Shown here: positions 34,749-48,045 of the stretch, in pieces | Layout of the letters: every line of letters begins with the position of its first letter | How positions within the stretch are numbered: position 1 is the stretch's first letter | Assembly (NCBI GenBank): GCA_965235115.1 | Contig: OZ249438.1 | Coordinates: 22,692,001 to 22,756,000, forward strand | Reading direction: 5' to 3' | DNA: 64,000 bases | Origin: Laetmonice hystrix | Lineage: Eukaryota | The notes under the pieces: model-generated | The model's database searches: none | What the model was told of the DNA's origin: nothing | Seen by the model: only the letters and a program-made list of their open reading frames with translations | Made by a program: the position numbers and the translations under genes

Positions 34749-37700
34749 GGTGAGGCAGTGACGTAACCCTGGGTCACCAGTCCTGCGTCACTTGTCAGAA
34801 CAGCGCCGCCTCCGGCCACAACCCTCATAATAAAGGCCATATTCCGCTTGTCGTTTTGGGAATTGCCTTCATAATTGTGTGGTTATCTATCGGCTATGAG
34901 TACCAACGTGTATAGCCCCGGGTCAGCCAGTGTCTGCTCCGTGTCGGCTATCGACCAGTTGGTGATATAGTGTAACTAGGCTGGATAGGCTGTCAGACGT
35001 TCGGACAACAGCTCCGCACAGAATGGAGCCGGAAGCCGAGGTCAGTCCCGCAGAAACAGCGTCCGTCACAGTGATTGCACCTAGACCGCCGTCCCCACCC
35101 CCCCGCTACATAAATGATCGAACACTTTGCCACAATGGCAATTGATCATGACAACAAATAGGCCCCTTCGATTTCTGACAATTTTTATTTGGGCGAGGTT
35201 GCGACGACGTTGCCCTAAAGTTAATTGGCCCAGGATATGCGAGGTCCATCGTGACGTGACGAGACTAAATCACGTCGCCCGGGCCCGGCTCTCTCTCTCT
35301 CGCAATGTAATTTGTGGACATCTGCCTTGCTTTACGGACGGAATGTTTCTAGATTTGTGGTCTATGCATGACAAATGGTCAATACGTATGCATCCAGTAC
35401 GTGTGAGCATTTTTCGAATAACGCAATACGAGCTGCGCCCCAGTGCTTGCAGTGCTGCACGCTATAAAAGCCATGCATCAGGCGTCAGTTAATGTCTGTT
35501 AACCTGAGATAAACGAATGATTTGTCAGTGGAGGGATGTGAGGTATACATAAAACAGAACGATGTAATTTGGGATAGAGTTTCGCATTATATTCATGATT
35601 GCCAAATGAATATACTTATAACATATGGTTTCTGTATTCGCTTCACCTCCCTCCCGTTCCCTTTTTAGTATCGTGTGTTTTCATTTATTTAACTTTTTCG
35701 TATAATACTTATTGTAAGTTTGTGTTGAGAAGTACTTGTACGTGCATACGTTTAGGGGGTGGTGTTTCCTTAGACGAATGGTAATCTGTAATAGATCCAA
35801 GGTCTCACTAAGAAGTGAAAAGATTTCCAAAACTCATGCATTCACCATCGAACTATATGTTTCAGACCATTAAATCTCATCACATATACTTCTCTATAGA
35901 ATAATTAAATTTGAAATTCAGACGTCTATATGTTACATTTAATTAAAGTCTATACCTGCCTTTATAGCTCACTTGAAAAAATCGTTTCCTTTCTATACAC
36001 GACCGACTATAGTGTAATGTAATCCCCCGATTACGTACTTACGATATGTTGTAAGTACATAATCCGCGTTTTAACCGTGTAAGGACACGGTGAGAGAAAA
36101 CCACTGTCACTTCGAATCCTCCGAGAGAACCTGAGTCCTGAAATAGTCACCTCGGGCCAGCCGGACGGTGACATTCTGACCCATTGAACGAGCTAATTAC
36201 AGATCAGTGGATGATCACTTCAACAACAGAGTCGGTGTGGGTGCCGAGAGGTGGACATAACCATGGTGTAAGCCTTTCAACGGGCCGGGGTCGGCTGGTG
36301 TCACCAGCCCGCATTGTTGTGATAACTTTTACACTGCATGATTTCTGGTATACTTCTCCCCCTGGTGTATATCTTGGGTTTGCATTGGGAAGATTGGTGT
36401 GTGAGAATCTCTGGTAATCTTAGTATGGTAGGCAGACTGTATACATGTGTAATATATGCTCAGTCATGATATTCAAAATATAAATCGGTACGGATCAGAA
36501 AATTATCACCTTTAAAGTTGTATACTGACCCTACTACTTAAAATTGTATATTTTAAGTTACTTTATGACGTTTTCACAAGGTCTGATATTGCCACTGGCT
36601 TAGTTTTTATTGACAGAGGGAATTTCTACAACTTTTCAGAGCAGAGGAGATGCAGTTTGTCCGACGCAGGCTACCCCACCAATATGGTGATTGTGGTTTG
36701 ACGGCGAGGGGGAGGTGCTGGACCGACTGCCCGACCCGAACCGGCCCCACTAGGGTAGAGACCCGGCGGTTGGGTGTACCCGGTATAGAGGCGGCCGTCG
36801 ACCGGTGTGGGAGCGGACCATTAGCTGGCGGTGTGAGACGAACCGCGCAGGGACCGTCAGTGAAGCGCACTCTGTCACGGTGCGTGCCGAGACAACCGGC
36901 GCTGATCGTCCCCGCCCCCCGTGTGATTAACATCTACCAAATTGTCGTGTTCACAATCACGCACACCTCACGGGCCCGCCCGTTCATATCCATAGTGATG
37001 GCACAATAGCCGGCCGGAATACCCTGCCCTCCAGCTAATCTCCAGTCATTTGCTCTCGGTCAGTTTATGTGCAGGGTGACGGGGTCAAACGTATACGGCC
37101 AGTCTGACACACGGCGATGGGACGGACTTGTGCCGGGTAGAGAGATTGGAATGGCGAGGGCAGCTAGGTGTACACAACCTTAGCCTGCGGCTTCCTACCA
37201 CAGATCTCATCAGATAAGACAAGGCTGGACACAGGTGAGCACCCATCAAAAACCAGCTTTAACGCTTAAATCTTTATCTCATATTATCTGCATCTCTGGT
37301 TCGTACGCACCTCAAAACGAAGGCAATCGTCCAAATAACGTGGTGGGTATATCGGTTTAATAATACATGTATCAGTTACCACATGGTTCGTCTGAGAATA
37401 AACTCACAGCAGTTTAGAAAGGAAAACTATAGATCTGTTAGTTTTTTTATTCAATCCAGTCATCCATTGAATCCAAGGTCAATGGGGACAAACTTTAATG
37501 GCTGGCTTTTCCATCCACATAACCCATAGCATCAACGACACTTTTGACAGGCTTTCTTCGTCAAAAGACATGTTCTTCAAACAATGCTTAATGTTGTGGA
37601 TATAAAACTGAAGATTAATCCTGAGAATTATAATACTGTTATCAATATAAGTCCATGGGTCTAAAGATCAAGGTACTCCAAGTACACATCTCCCTATAGG

Positions 37701-40700
37701 CCCACAGTTCGCTGAGGCCGTAATATTGCAGGGGCAAATGTTTTAAGTTATAGACATGGGATACATGTACACAAATCTCGAAATCGTATCTCTATACTTT
37801 AATCAACCACTTACCTGTCCTATTCCCGAAATCGCCGAAAATTGATGAGTCCAAAAAAGTACTACAGTGGTCGGGGGGGGGGAGGTAACAATCGATAACA
37901 GAACAGTCCTATCAAAACCAGGTCGTGTATCTGTCACATTCGCAATAAGACATGCTGAGCTGGACCATAAGACTATAACAAGCTGTTTGAAATCTGAAAT
38001 TTTATGCGCCATGGAATATTACAGGTAAGTGGGAGATTAAGGTAATTATCATGCATACATATAATAATATTATATTATTATATTTATGCACCATGCACAT
38101 GGCGGACTTTGTAATATTCTAGTGTATTATAGTTATATCGGCAATGTGTGTTATAGATATAGGGCATGCATATACATTGTATATAGGATTTGGTATAGAG
38201 CTATAGGCATACATTTAGGACGTGGTTGGTTTAAAATGTTCTTGTCGATATTTTATCTCCGAGAAGTTATGACTTTGTTTACACAGTCCACGTATACTGA
38301 CATGTAAACCTAGAGTTTGTATCCTCTTTTCCCGAAGAAAAACACTAAAATATCTCATTACCTGAGGGATTCCTAGTATACGACGACACGAATTATAAGT
38401 AAAAATGTCTCCGCCATGCACAAAGGACTATAAGGATTATAGTGTAAGGATCAAGATCTTCACTCCTATAACTTTCTCCCCACTTATAACATTATAATAT
38501 GTAGTGACACGGGTCCTTGTTAGCAGATTGTGTGATGGACCATTAGAAAGTTGCGTGCGGCGTTCAGACGGAGGTGATTAGACCAAGGTATAGAGGATGT
38601 CTGAAGGTGAGAAACATAACCTGGGTACGACCCAGGATATATACCGAGATGTATGGAGAACGGTAACCTGCCTACCACTGCTAATCCATCACCTACACCA
38701 ACAGGTTACCCGGTGTATACGTGCACACTGAGGCAAAGATCTTTCCCGGAGAAATATTATAGCCATTTAAAGTGTTCTAATGGCGTCCATACACGAGGCA
38801 TAATTACATCCTTTATCTTGGGTAATAGTTTGTCATTTAGCGCCCTGGAGGGGTTCGTGGTAACGACCTCAATGACGGGTACAAACGTGGAACTTTAGTC
38901 TTTATGGTATAAACACGTGCATGGTAGACAGTAATAATCTGTACAGCTAGGCCTTACTTCCTCCAATAATGTATACCAGTATTTTGTGAAACGTATACAT
39001 ATGTAGAAGTTACATTCACATTACATACAGGTATACCCTCAAAGTGCAGGGAAAGGCATTCTTTCGAGCACATGAAAACTAAATATTGGCAGGTGTGTGG
39101 GAGCCAGGCAGACCGATCTTGTGAACCACTCGACGTGCATGCATCAGTTCAGTGCTTGATGTATTATGTATGTGTGTATACATACCTGTTATATACGTTC
39201 GACGCAGCATGCAGGGTAAAGAGTCCACATGTATCTAAGAAATGATGATGGGTGTAGAGATGCACCCCAGTGTGTCACGCACACAATTCAAGGCCTTCTA
39301 TGTCTGAAGGTAACACTCCTGTAAGTTGTCCGTCATGTATGTCGACTACAACCAGCCAGTATTCCTGCATGGCCGATGTAGCAGCCTATACCTCGCGGCT
39401 ATATTTCATGCCACGACCACATGTGGCGAGTGAAATAAACAATACGATTGTGTAAAATAAGTCTATAAATATTTGCTTCCACTGGTGATGATAGAAGACA
39501 CGGAATCGTGCTCTGAGACATAGCCGGGATGGCTTCTAGATGTAGGAACTATCTCAGTCAGAATCTCTGCACAGATCTGTTGGTTTCACTCCAACTGACC
39601 AAGAGTTGTGCCTAGTGAGAAATGGCGAGTGAAGAGAAGGGGAATCTAACTAAATAGTCTTGGGTATTATAATAGTTTATATGATATGGCGGTCAGGAAG
39701 ATATAGTATAACGATGATACGGGTAATGTTGGACAGTTGGAGTACCGTCGACGTGTTAACTCCGTCGATCCGGTGGCACCGCTCGCGGGGATACCATTGT
39801 CTTGTATGGAAGCGATCGGCGGGAGTTGACACCGGTCGAGGTGGTCGAAGGTACATGGTATCATAGCTCCGGTCTCCCCGGGCATTCTCGCCGTGAAGAC
39901 CGGCATTGAAAGGCGGACTGAAATCATAGACCACACCCCCCTCCTCCTTCTGCCTGTCACACACCCACACCCTCCATGACCCAAACTACACCGAGTTATA
40001 CGGTACGAGAAGAGGCCCCAGAAATGCATATCATGTTTGAATCACACGGGAATAAGGGGAAGTTAGTGACAGATCCGTGAAATATCTATATGACATCAAA
40101 TATAATCGGTTGTCGCTGTGACGAGCCTTTGCCAGATAGGATGTCGACGACGTAGCCGAGGGTAGCAACCTAAAACCGGGCCCCATATGTGACGACTGAG
40201 CAAAGCGAATTAATTCCCTTCCCAGAAGGCAGTGGGCGAGCGTGATGCTCAGCCACATCAATAGTAACGCACCGTCCGTTGCACGTACTTTTCGTGCGGA
40301 TCCACTTGCCGTGCGTCTTGCACGTGCTCTACAATCGAACGGCAGATGGATCCGCAACTCTTTGGACAGAGGCGGTGTAACTAATACTTTTCGCTCGAAG
40401 GCATAGAGGCAACATAGCGGCCCGTTTTATTTGTGTTGCTAGGTAACAAAGTGAACATATTCGACTGTGTTTCGTCTTGGTGCAGATACAGTTCGGTGCG
40501 GCGAGGTCGTAACGATGTGTATATGACGTATTAGATTGCGATCTGTCGTCAACCGTCATTACGTCTTTCCATGATCGTCCCCGCTGCTATATTCATCCAT
40601 GGAACTATAATTATGATTTTTTGGTGATAAATATAAACTTTGTTCGTCTGAGCTGAAAGGTTATTTTCCGTAATAGACTAACGCCAATTCTCACATATAC

Positions 40701-42329
40701 ATACCCTACCTTCTTCACTTTCTTGAAAACATCTTCGCACATCTAAATTTCTAAATTAGATATCTATAGGCATATCACTAATGAAACTATTATATAGACC
40801 TATACTATTTCTCAACAGTCTGTTATTCATTCAGGCAGCTTTGGTTTAAAGTCCTTTTGTTAATGTGATAATTTCTCTATATTGGCATGCATGCACGTGA
40901 AAGATCAAATGAAAACGTATGATGAATACAACATCTCTACTCTATAATCAATGTAACAGGGCAGTTTTAGAGATAGTTTCACGGGTACCAATCTCTAATG
41001 AGTGAATCATGTAACTTAAGGCGGGAACCGTCAGGAAATTGGTTTACCATGTTTATATCGTCCTGCGGATTCACACCACATTCAAAAATAATTATTTCAG
41101 TATAAGAGAACCAACAGGAATAGATCGTTATTTATTACAATTCCATATCACAAAGAATAATGAAAATAGATTTAGTTTATTAAGGTATTCATCTAACAGA
41201 AACCAAGAGAAGAAAAAACAGACACATTGCGTCTTACTCCACATCTCTATTTCAATTGGGGGAAATAAGACCAATTAAATAGAGCAATGGAAAGCAGCTG
41301 TAAAATTATAGCTTTTAATGCTCTTTGTAATAGTCACTTCAGTCTGTGCATATAGCAGTTACTTCTTGTTATAAAGCTCTCTCAACTCCAACCAATGTTG
41401 AAGAAACAGAAGTGATCTCGAATAATCCCAAATATAAAAACTATACAATATGGACAAAAAATGATTTTCTTCCTCGTTATCAAATCTCGGGAAATATTTC
41501 TCGATCCAGCGTATCAAAATATTGTAATTTATTTGTAAACTCCACACATCACACGTTGTGAAATCCTACCTCTATGATCAAATGTCATCGTCGACGGCGG
41601 TCTCAGCGGGGGCCGGGCGGCTATCGGTGGGCCGGGGCCGGGCGTGCTGGGAGAGCGGGCCGGGCCTGCTGGTTCAGCCGGCCAGGCGTGGGAGGCCTGC
41701 CGCCACTCAAGCTGGTAGCCGGGGGGTCCAGAGACTTCTACAAGTCAGGCGGATTGACCGCGAGATAAAAAGTTATTCTGCTAGTGGTAAGTCAGCATTC
41801 ATGTGGCTTCATAGCACCGACCACATTCATGCACGACATACACTGACTATCATCAGTATTATCGAATCGCAATAACGCAGCCCCCCATATGTTCATTGAT
41901 TACGAATGATAAAGTATGCATATACCCATATACATTGTACCTCCATGCAATATTTATTCCCTTACCATCTCAACTATCTATACCCACGCTGACTGCATGG
42001 TTCATCGCACAAATAATCTCACTGTGTCATATTGTCCTTGTGTTCCTAGCTATGACATCACTATAATTCATCAACAAGATAAAAGTGCATGGCAAGTGTT
42101 TCATTCAGCCATTTCTTAAAACTCTATTACGTAAGTGATTCATGTACATGCATGCGCTGCTAAACGATACACTATGTTCTGATAAGGTTATTAAGGTATA
42201 AAGTACAGCAGTTTGCTAAGGTTACTATGACAGGACGGCTACGCCTCGGGCATAATATCATGACGGCGTAACACTGCCTCGACTTGGCGCTGTCATGCAG
42301 TATCCACTACCAATACTTCCTAAACAGAT

Positions 42330-42555
42330 CCTAGGACCATCGCCTCACACCGCTGCGGTCCGGGTTCGATCCCCGGCCAGGGCTGCATGTGTGAAAGGTT
42401 TGTCAGTCAGTTCCTTCCCGTAGGTCGGTGGTTTCCTCCGGGCACTCCGGTTTCCTCCACCAAGAAAAACTGACTTTCATCATCATCATCATCTTCACCG
42501 CCGTGATATGACCCTGGCTGTTGCAAGGCGTAAAACCCCAAATACCCACCCACCC
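42330..42555 (+). mobile_element. tRNA-derived SINE, 5'-truncated, V-domain-like core, (CCCA)n tail, 12 bp TSD
   Basis: Pol III B box GGTTCGATCC (42363-42372); core GGTTTCCTCCGGGCACTCCGGTTTCCTCCACC (42430-42461) resembling the V-SINE central domain; tail ACCCACCCACCC; TSD TCCTAAACAGAT at 42318-42329 and 42556-42567. Confidence 0.88.
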
Positions 42556-45500
42556 TCCTAAACAGATTCAGTCAAAACCTGGACGTTAACTTTTATTTGG
42601 CTGTTTTACCGGTAGTTGAAAACGGAGTGGTGTGCTCATAGAATTTGTGACTGGTCTGGTTTTACGATGGAATGGGAGAATGCCTTCCTGCAGTTGTATT
42701 ATCATATCATTAAAAATAAAATGATACTTAAAGTCTCACCATTATAACTTTTTCTTTGCAGGCAAACGGCCTATTGAAACGTTTTGGCTTGTCTGACGAT
42801 TTTGTTATCACCTTTCGCCATACAAGTTTTTGCACATTACAAGTTGAGGACGCCGTCTTGTCTGCCGGCCACTACCCCCACACCCCTCATCCCCATGTAT
42901 TGATTGGCGTATTATTATTATTATATACATGTTCACGTTATAGTTGGCCGCGAATTAAAACTTTGATGATAGAATGTCCGGTTCAATATTATCTGCGGGA
43001 CTGATGGAAGCTGCGTGAATAGAGATGACGGAGACGATGGGCCCAGTCCCCACCGAAAACACTCCGTGCCGTATCACAGATAGGTATAGTCCCTATAGAA
43101 ACTTTCTATAGCGATAGGTTACCTCGGAAACAATGGTGCACGTCATGGGTTTCAATGCTCTAACTGATGGTCATGCCGCCATGTGTTGTTTCTTCGGGTT
43201 GCCCTGGATACGGACACCCTCCAGTCCGTCTCCGGTGTCACGGCCAATTGCAACTTGTAGTCACATCCGTGTGGAGTCAATGCTCCCATATTGTGGTTGG
43301 TCCTGCGTCAACTTAACTTGCCGGTCACATCATTCAGTCTCAAAGTGGAAATTGGTGAGGATGTGGCGATCAGGTATCCCGATACGATATACCTGTGTGA
43401 CGCCCATTCTCATGGCGAGGCCCTATAGCCGTATAGATCGGCATCCTCACTCCAGATGTACGTCAACTTTGACGTGCCATGTTTTAGAGGCTGGTAGAGT
43501 TTCTATCTCGCTTCATTTGACGGTAAGGTGTTCATGTATAACTGTTTCCAAAAGAAAAGATAAGATGTATAATCTGAAAATACAAATGACTTACGTGTCA
43601 GAGTATACCGTGCACATTCCTATCACCATAAAACTCCCTGTGTATAGGCGGCTCTGATGCTCACAGATTATAGTTGACTGAATGTGTGTCTCCGGTTGGA
43701 AAGATCTTCGGATATGGTATGAATTGATTTAACATTACTTAGGCCTACTATAGGGGTATACGTGCTCTTATTCTAGTCACCTGCAAGATACTGCAAGTAT
43801 AGCGAATGACATTGGAGCCTCTCTGACGTATTAAAATACATGCCAAATGCTCAGTATACATCTCCAATAGGTCGGACAATCACATATTCAATGTGTTTGA
43901 CAGCGAGCCGGAAGGCCAGCCGTATATTGGAGGTCAAAACGTTAATTGGCAGTCGCCGGAAGTATCTCCCAAAAGTAAGACGAACTGGACGTAACGGCTT
44001 CGGCGGAAAGTTGACAGGAATGGAGTTCAGGCAACATCGCAAACATCCCTAACCGGGCGGTCTGATCATGACAAATGTAGATCTATAGTCAAGAACTCCT
44101 GTTAGTGGGAGGGGCACAGTCCAGGATTGGTCTGAGGGGGGGGGGGGGGGGTGTCGAAAGGATTGGTCGGGTTGGGGGTTGGGTTCAAACGTTGCAAATG
44201 AGCAAACTTCCATGTTATCATGTTATTGCAATAGTGGGGTGGGGTGGGGGGTGGGGTGGGGGGTTCCATGCAATCCAAACACCCCTTCAGGATACGCCAC
44301 TGGTATAGGGAATGGAGGGCCAATATCTTATCGGTCTTGGCAGTGGCAGATCTAACCTGCGACCCATCTACCGCTAAATATCATCTGTATGCACGTAGTA
44401 ATGCAACCCTTAGATTTCGCCCCCTCTCGATCTCTATCACTATTTCAAAAAGAAAGAAGAAAGAAAGAAACAAAGATGGAAAGAAACAAAGAAAGAGAGG
44501 GAGAAACCCGGTCATGCCTGCCTCCCCTTGATCAGTATGTCTGTAATCACTCGGGTTCAGGAGTATTCCTCAGTGACACATAACTCGCCAACCTCCACAT
44601 CTAAAGTATCTGAACCGGTACAGGTTGGTGTAGGAGTCCTGCCGATGACAGGCATGGTCCTAGATACAGCGAACATAAGAGGTACGCTGATCGCACAGGT
44701 TCATACGTCATGGACACATCGTCAGGAGTGACAGAGGGTGGTGGTGACGTGGCGGGTCTGTGACGTGATGATGATCACGTGACGCACTCTTACCACTCGC
44801 CTTGTCTGCTGTTGTCATCAGGACTAGCCTCTCCTCGGGCAAAAATACGACGACGCTGAGCAGGTGGGGCTACCACTGTCGGTAAAACGATCTACAACGT
44901 ATCAACTTTACATAACTTTATGCACTGCAGCGAGGGATACATTCTGATGATAATGGGGGGTAAAATGCAAGAATATGAAATCGTGCACCTTTTCGTTTCG
45001 AAGAGTAAAGTGGACGAGCAGGTACTGCACCTTATGTGATGAAAGACATATTCCAAGATACAGTATATAGCGTTATAGACAAAGCCTTTCAGGCCTCAAT
45101 TTTGAAAGAGTACTTTTCGTATTTACCACGCGGTAGAAACAAACGGATGGCTTAATTGGGTTGTCATTATAACTACATGAAATCTTTCAGTGAGGATGAT
45201 ACGAGGATACGGGGGAATAACATGGCTGTGACGCAACCACCCTACACGCCACCTCCCAATAATCATAGAATGCATGGTATGGGAAAGACTTTATCATGGC
45301 AAATTAAAAACACCCACATTAATGGGCTTTGATGTGTATCAGTTACCATTTGTGCAGGGAAACAACTATTTGTATAGGGGGAGCTAGGCCATACAATCTT
45401 ATATTAAGGAGCTGATACCATTGTAAAACAGCTGCTTCTGCTCAAAAACTGCCAAAATCTAAAAGAGAAAAAGAAAATGGGGAACCAGTTCATATCAAAG

Positions 45501-46859
45501 ATCTAGTGGTCTATGTTCTGAGGAATTAATTTGTTCAAGGTCTAAGCGTCGAAATGAAAGGCACTGCATTACACCTGCCTCTATATTGTATTACGGACCG
45601 TTAATTAAGATACTGGTTATCAGGATTGAATTTGATATGTCAGAATATAGGCAAGCGTGTCTTGCTCGCTGCAGCATGAACAATACATAACGGATTGCTT
45701 TTAAAAACAGCAATGTTAACACATCAATTAATGATTGTAAAAAGTAGGGATCTATGCCTCTATTACCCCTCTCCACTTTCAAAGCAATGTGTCTGCTCTT
45801 TGCCAGCCAAGCTCCTTGCTCTGGTCGAGTTGAGGACAGTTACAGAGTCACGTGATAGGTGATGACATCACCATGGACGCTCTATAGAGTTACATCATCT
45901 TCACTTGTACGTCCACAGAATCCCACGCTCTCCTCTATTGGTTGAGTTTTACTTTCCAAAAGTGAAATAAGGAAAAGGTTAATGAAGGGAGTGGAGCATG
46001 AACCACTGTGCTAAAGATTGCGGTTTCTGATAGAGTGTCTAGAAAATTTACCAATTAAGTTCTTTGTAGTCATTTGTCATGTAAAATTAAGGGAGACACG
46101 GAAAGGCAAGCAAAGGGGAAGGTAACGAGAGATATTGTCAATTATCTATCGCAATGAGATGACATCAAGAGGTGAGACCAGGATATGGACTAAAGACCAT
46201 GTTAAAAGTGTCAATACAAGAAAGTCCTTGGTTGCATCCCGTGTCCGACATCCCTCTAACTCTCCCCTACAGAAGAAGCCCCTACAGCCTGGGCGTGCGT
46301 GCGTACGTGTGTGAATGTATATGGGAGGGACGAATTCACAGTAGAAGATGAGTCATGATCTACCTGACTATCTTTCTGTTAAACATGACCGTAAAGTACG
46401 GTACCTAAAATACACTCAATGCTCTCATGACGGGACACCTTGAAGCCAGACACCTTGGGGTTACCGTGTTTCGCACCATTTTCACCATAAAGAATCTATA
46501 GAGGCGTGAAGTCAATAGAACAGAGTGAGATGTCAGCGTAATATATACCGCAGTAATATCAAAGGTATAGTGTAAAGTGGAACTTCAGTGGAACTTCAGT
46601 GAGTGAAAACTTTCCCCGTTACCAAGTAATTAAATTTAGGTCTCATTCTATACGTACGTTAGGGCAATCAATGTCATTGGTACAAGGGTGTGAATCCGAA
46701 TCCCCACCAATGCCTATAATAATGTAGACGAGTTGGGGTTGGGGTCTGGAGTTCACCATTCCAAAAGACACTTGTGTGTTCTGTTCATACATGTATTTAT
46801 TTGTGATCAATGACAAAGAAGGTAACAATAATGACATTAATCGTTCCCCTAACAACCCA

Positions 46860-47499
46860 GAGACTGGGCTGGCCACTGCACCACCTGGATTCCACTGGCA
46901 TCGAACCACTCCTCCACTCGTTAGGCTTTGTGTACAGGAGCGTTGTCTTGTTGAAACATAAAAGAGATCTTTCGGTCCTCTATAGAGTGTTCTCAATTGA
47001 TTGTAGGAAGTTCTGCTCCAGAATATCGATGTAATCTTGGTGGTCCATGTTGCTTTCCACAACAAGAAGTTCGCTGATTCCAAAGAATCTGATGCAACCC
47101 CAGACCATCACGAAACACGCTCTTTGCCGACAAACTTGAGGCCGATTTGACGGTTCCATTGCAGTTCCATTGCCCTTCCATCGTTGAAGCCCAAGTTGAA
47201 GCGCCATTCGTCTTCACCCAGTGTTCCTCTGTGTTCCAGAATCGGATACGGCTACACCAGCGCACTCTTCGCATCCTGTTTTCCCTGAATATCAGAGATT
47301 TTATTCTGGTAATGCGATTGTAGATACCCCAAGTATGCAACCGACGCCTGGCAGATGTTTACACTTGAATCCGGTCGTTCTACTGGCGGTTGATTGTGGC
47401 GAGAGAGTCAAATCGTCCAGAAGAAGCCAGTCCTGGAAGCACGCGGTCATCTCGACGTGTGGTTGTCTGAGGTCTTCCAGACCGAGAACCTATATTGTC
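46860..47499 (-). pseudogene. Tc1 transposase pseudogene, second HTH and catalytic part
   Basis: First catalytic D (GAC at 47210-47212) and second D in QQDNA (46945-46947) are present; the third residue (E) is lost by truncation; several in-frame stops. Confidence 0.9.
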
Positions 47500-48045
47500 T
47501 CCATTCCCTGGCAAGATGCGTATCAAACTCGTACTAAAGTCTTGCCACTCGTACCAAGCTCGTATGTAACTCTTGTTTCACTCGTACTATACTCTTCTAC
47601 CACTCGTATTTTGCTTCTATTACGCTCGTATCAAACTCGGATACCTCGTATACTTGACTCCTGTTAAGCTCTTGTAACTCCTATCTCACTCTGGGTAACT
47701 CCTACTGCACTCGCACCACCTTCTTACCAAACTCGTATAACTCGTACAACTCGGCAATAAAAATTGGGAATACGAGTGAACTAAGACCTACCGGAGTGAC
47801 GTACGAGCTAGGTACGAGTTTACTACGAGTATAGCACGAGTGACCCCGAGTATGCCGAGCTTAGCTAAGTTTTGGACATGTTCAAAATTTTTCGCGCCGC
47901 CTCCCGGACCTGTCCGAGCCTCAGCGGACTTTGCCGAGTGTACTACGAGTGTAGTACGAGTAAACAAGAGTTGTGTACGAGTTTCACGAGTTCCCAACTC
48001 GGCGAACTCGTACTCCCCTCGTAGTTCAGTGTGAGAGCCGCTTTT
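47500..48045. mobile_element. Insertion in the Tc1 ORF: MITE/foldback-like fragment rich in ACTCGTA / TACGAG subrepeats
   Basis: Left part has many (A)CTCGTA motifs, right part the inverted TACGAG(T); near-palindrome TTTTGGACATGTTCAAAA near 47870-47887; one TIR-like end GTGTGAGAGCC near 48040. Exact junctions are ambiguous. Confidence 0.65.

Noticed and set aside
5400-41720. GGCCGGGCCGG-rich patches at about 5.4, 17.6, 28.2 and 41.6 kb as one repeat family or as coding exons
   Set aside because: No alignable shared sequence beyond low-complexity GC motifs; their ORFs are Gly/Arg/Pro-biased artefacts.
42341-42380. tRNA gene
   Set aside because: Only a B box and partial tRNA-like head; it continues into SINE body and tail.
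42762-42800. Acceptor TTTTTCTTTGCAG followed by GKRPIETFWLV-stop, vaguely like a nucleotide-cyclase C-terminus
   Set aside because: Only 11 residues, and no other cyclase exons are present in the window.
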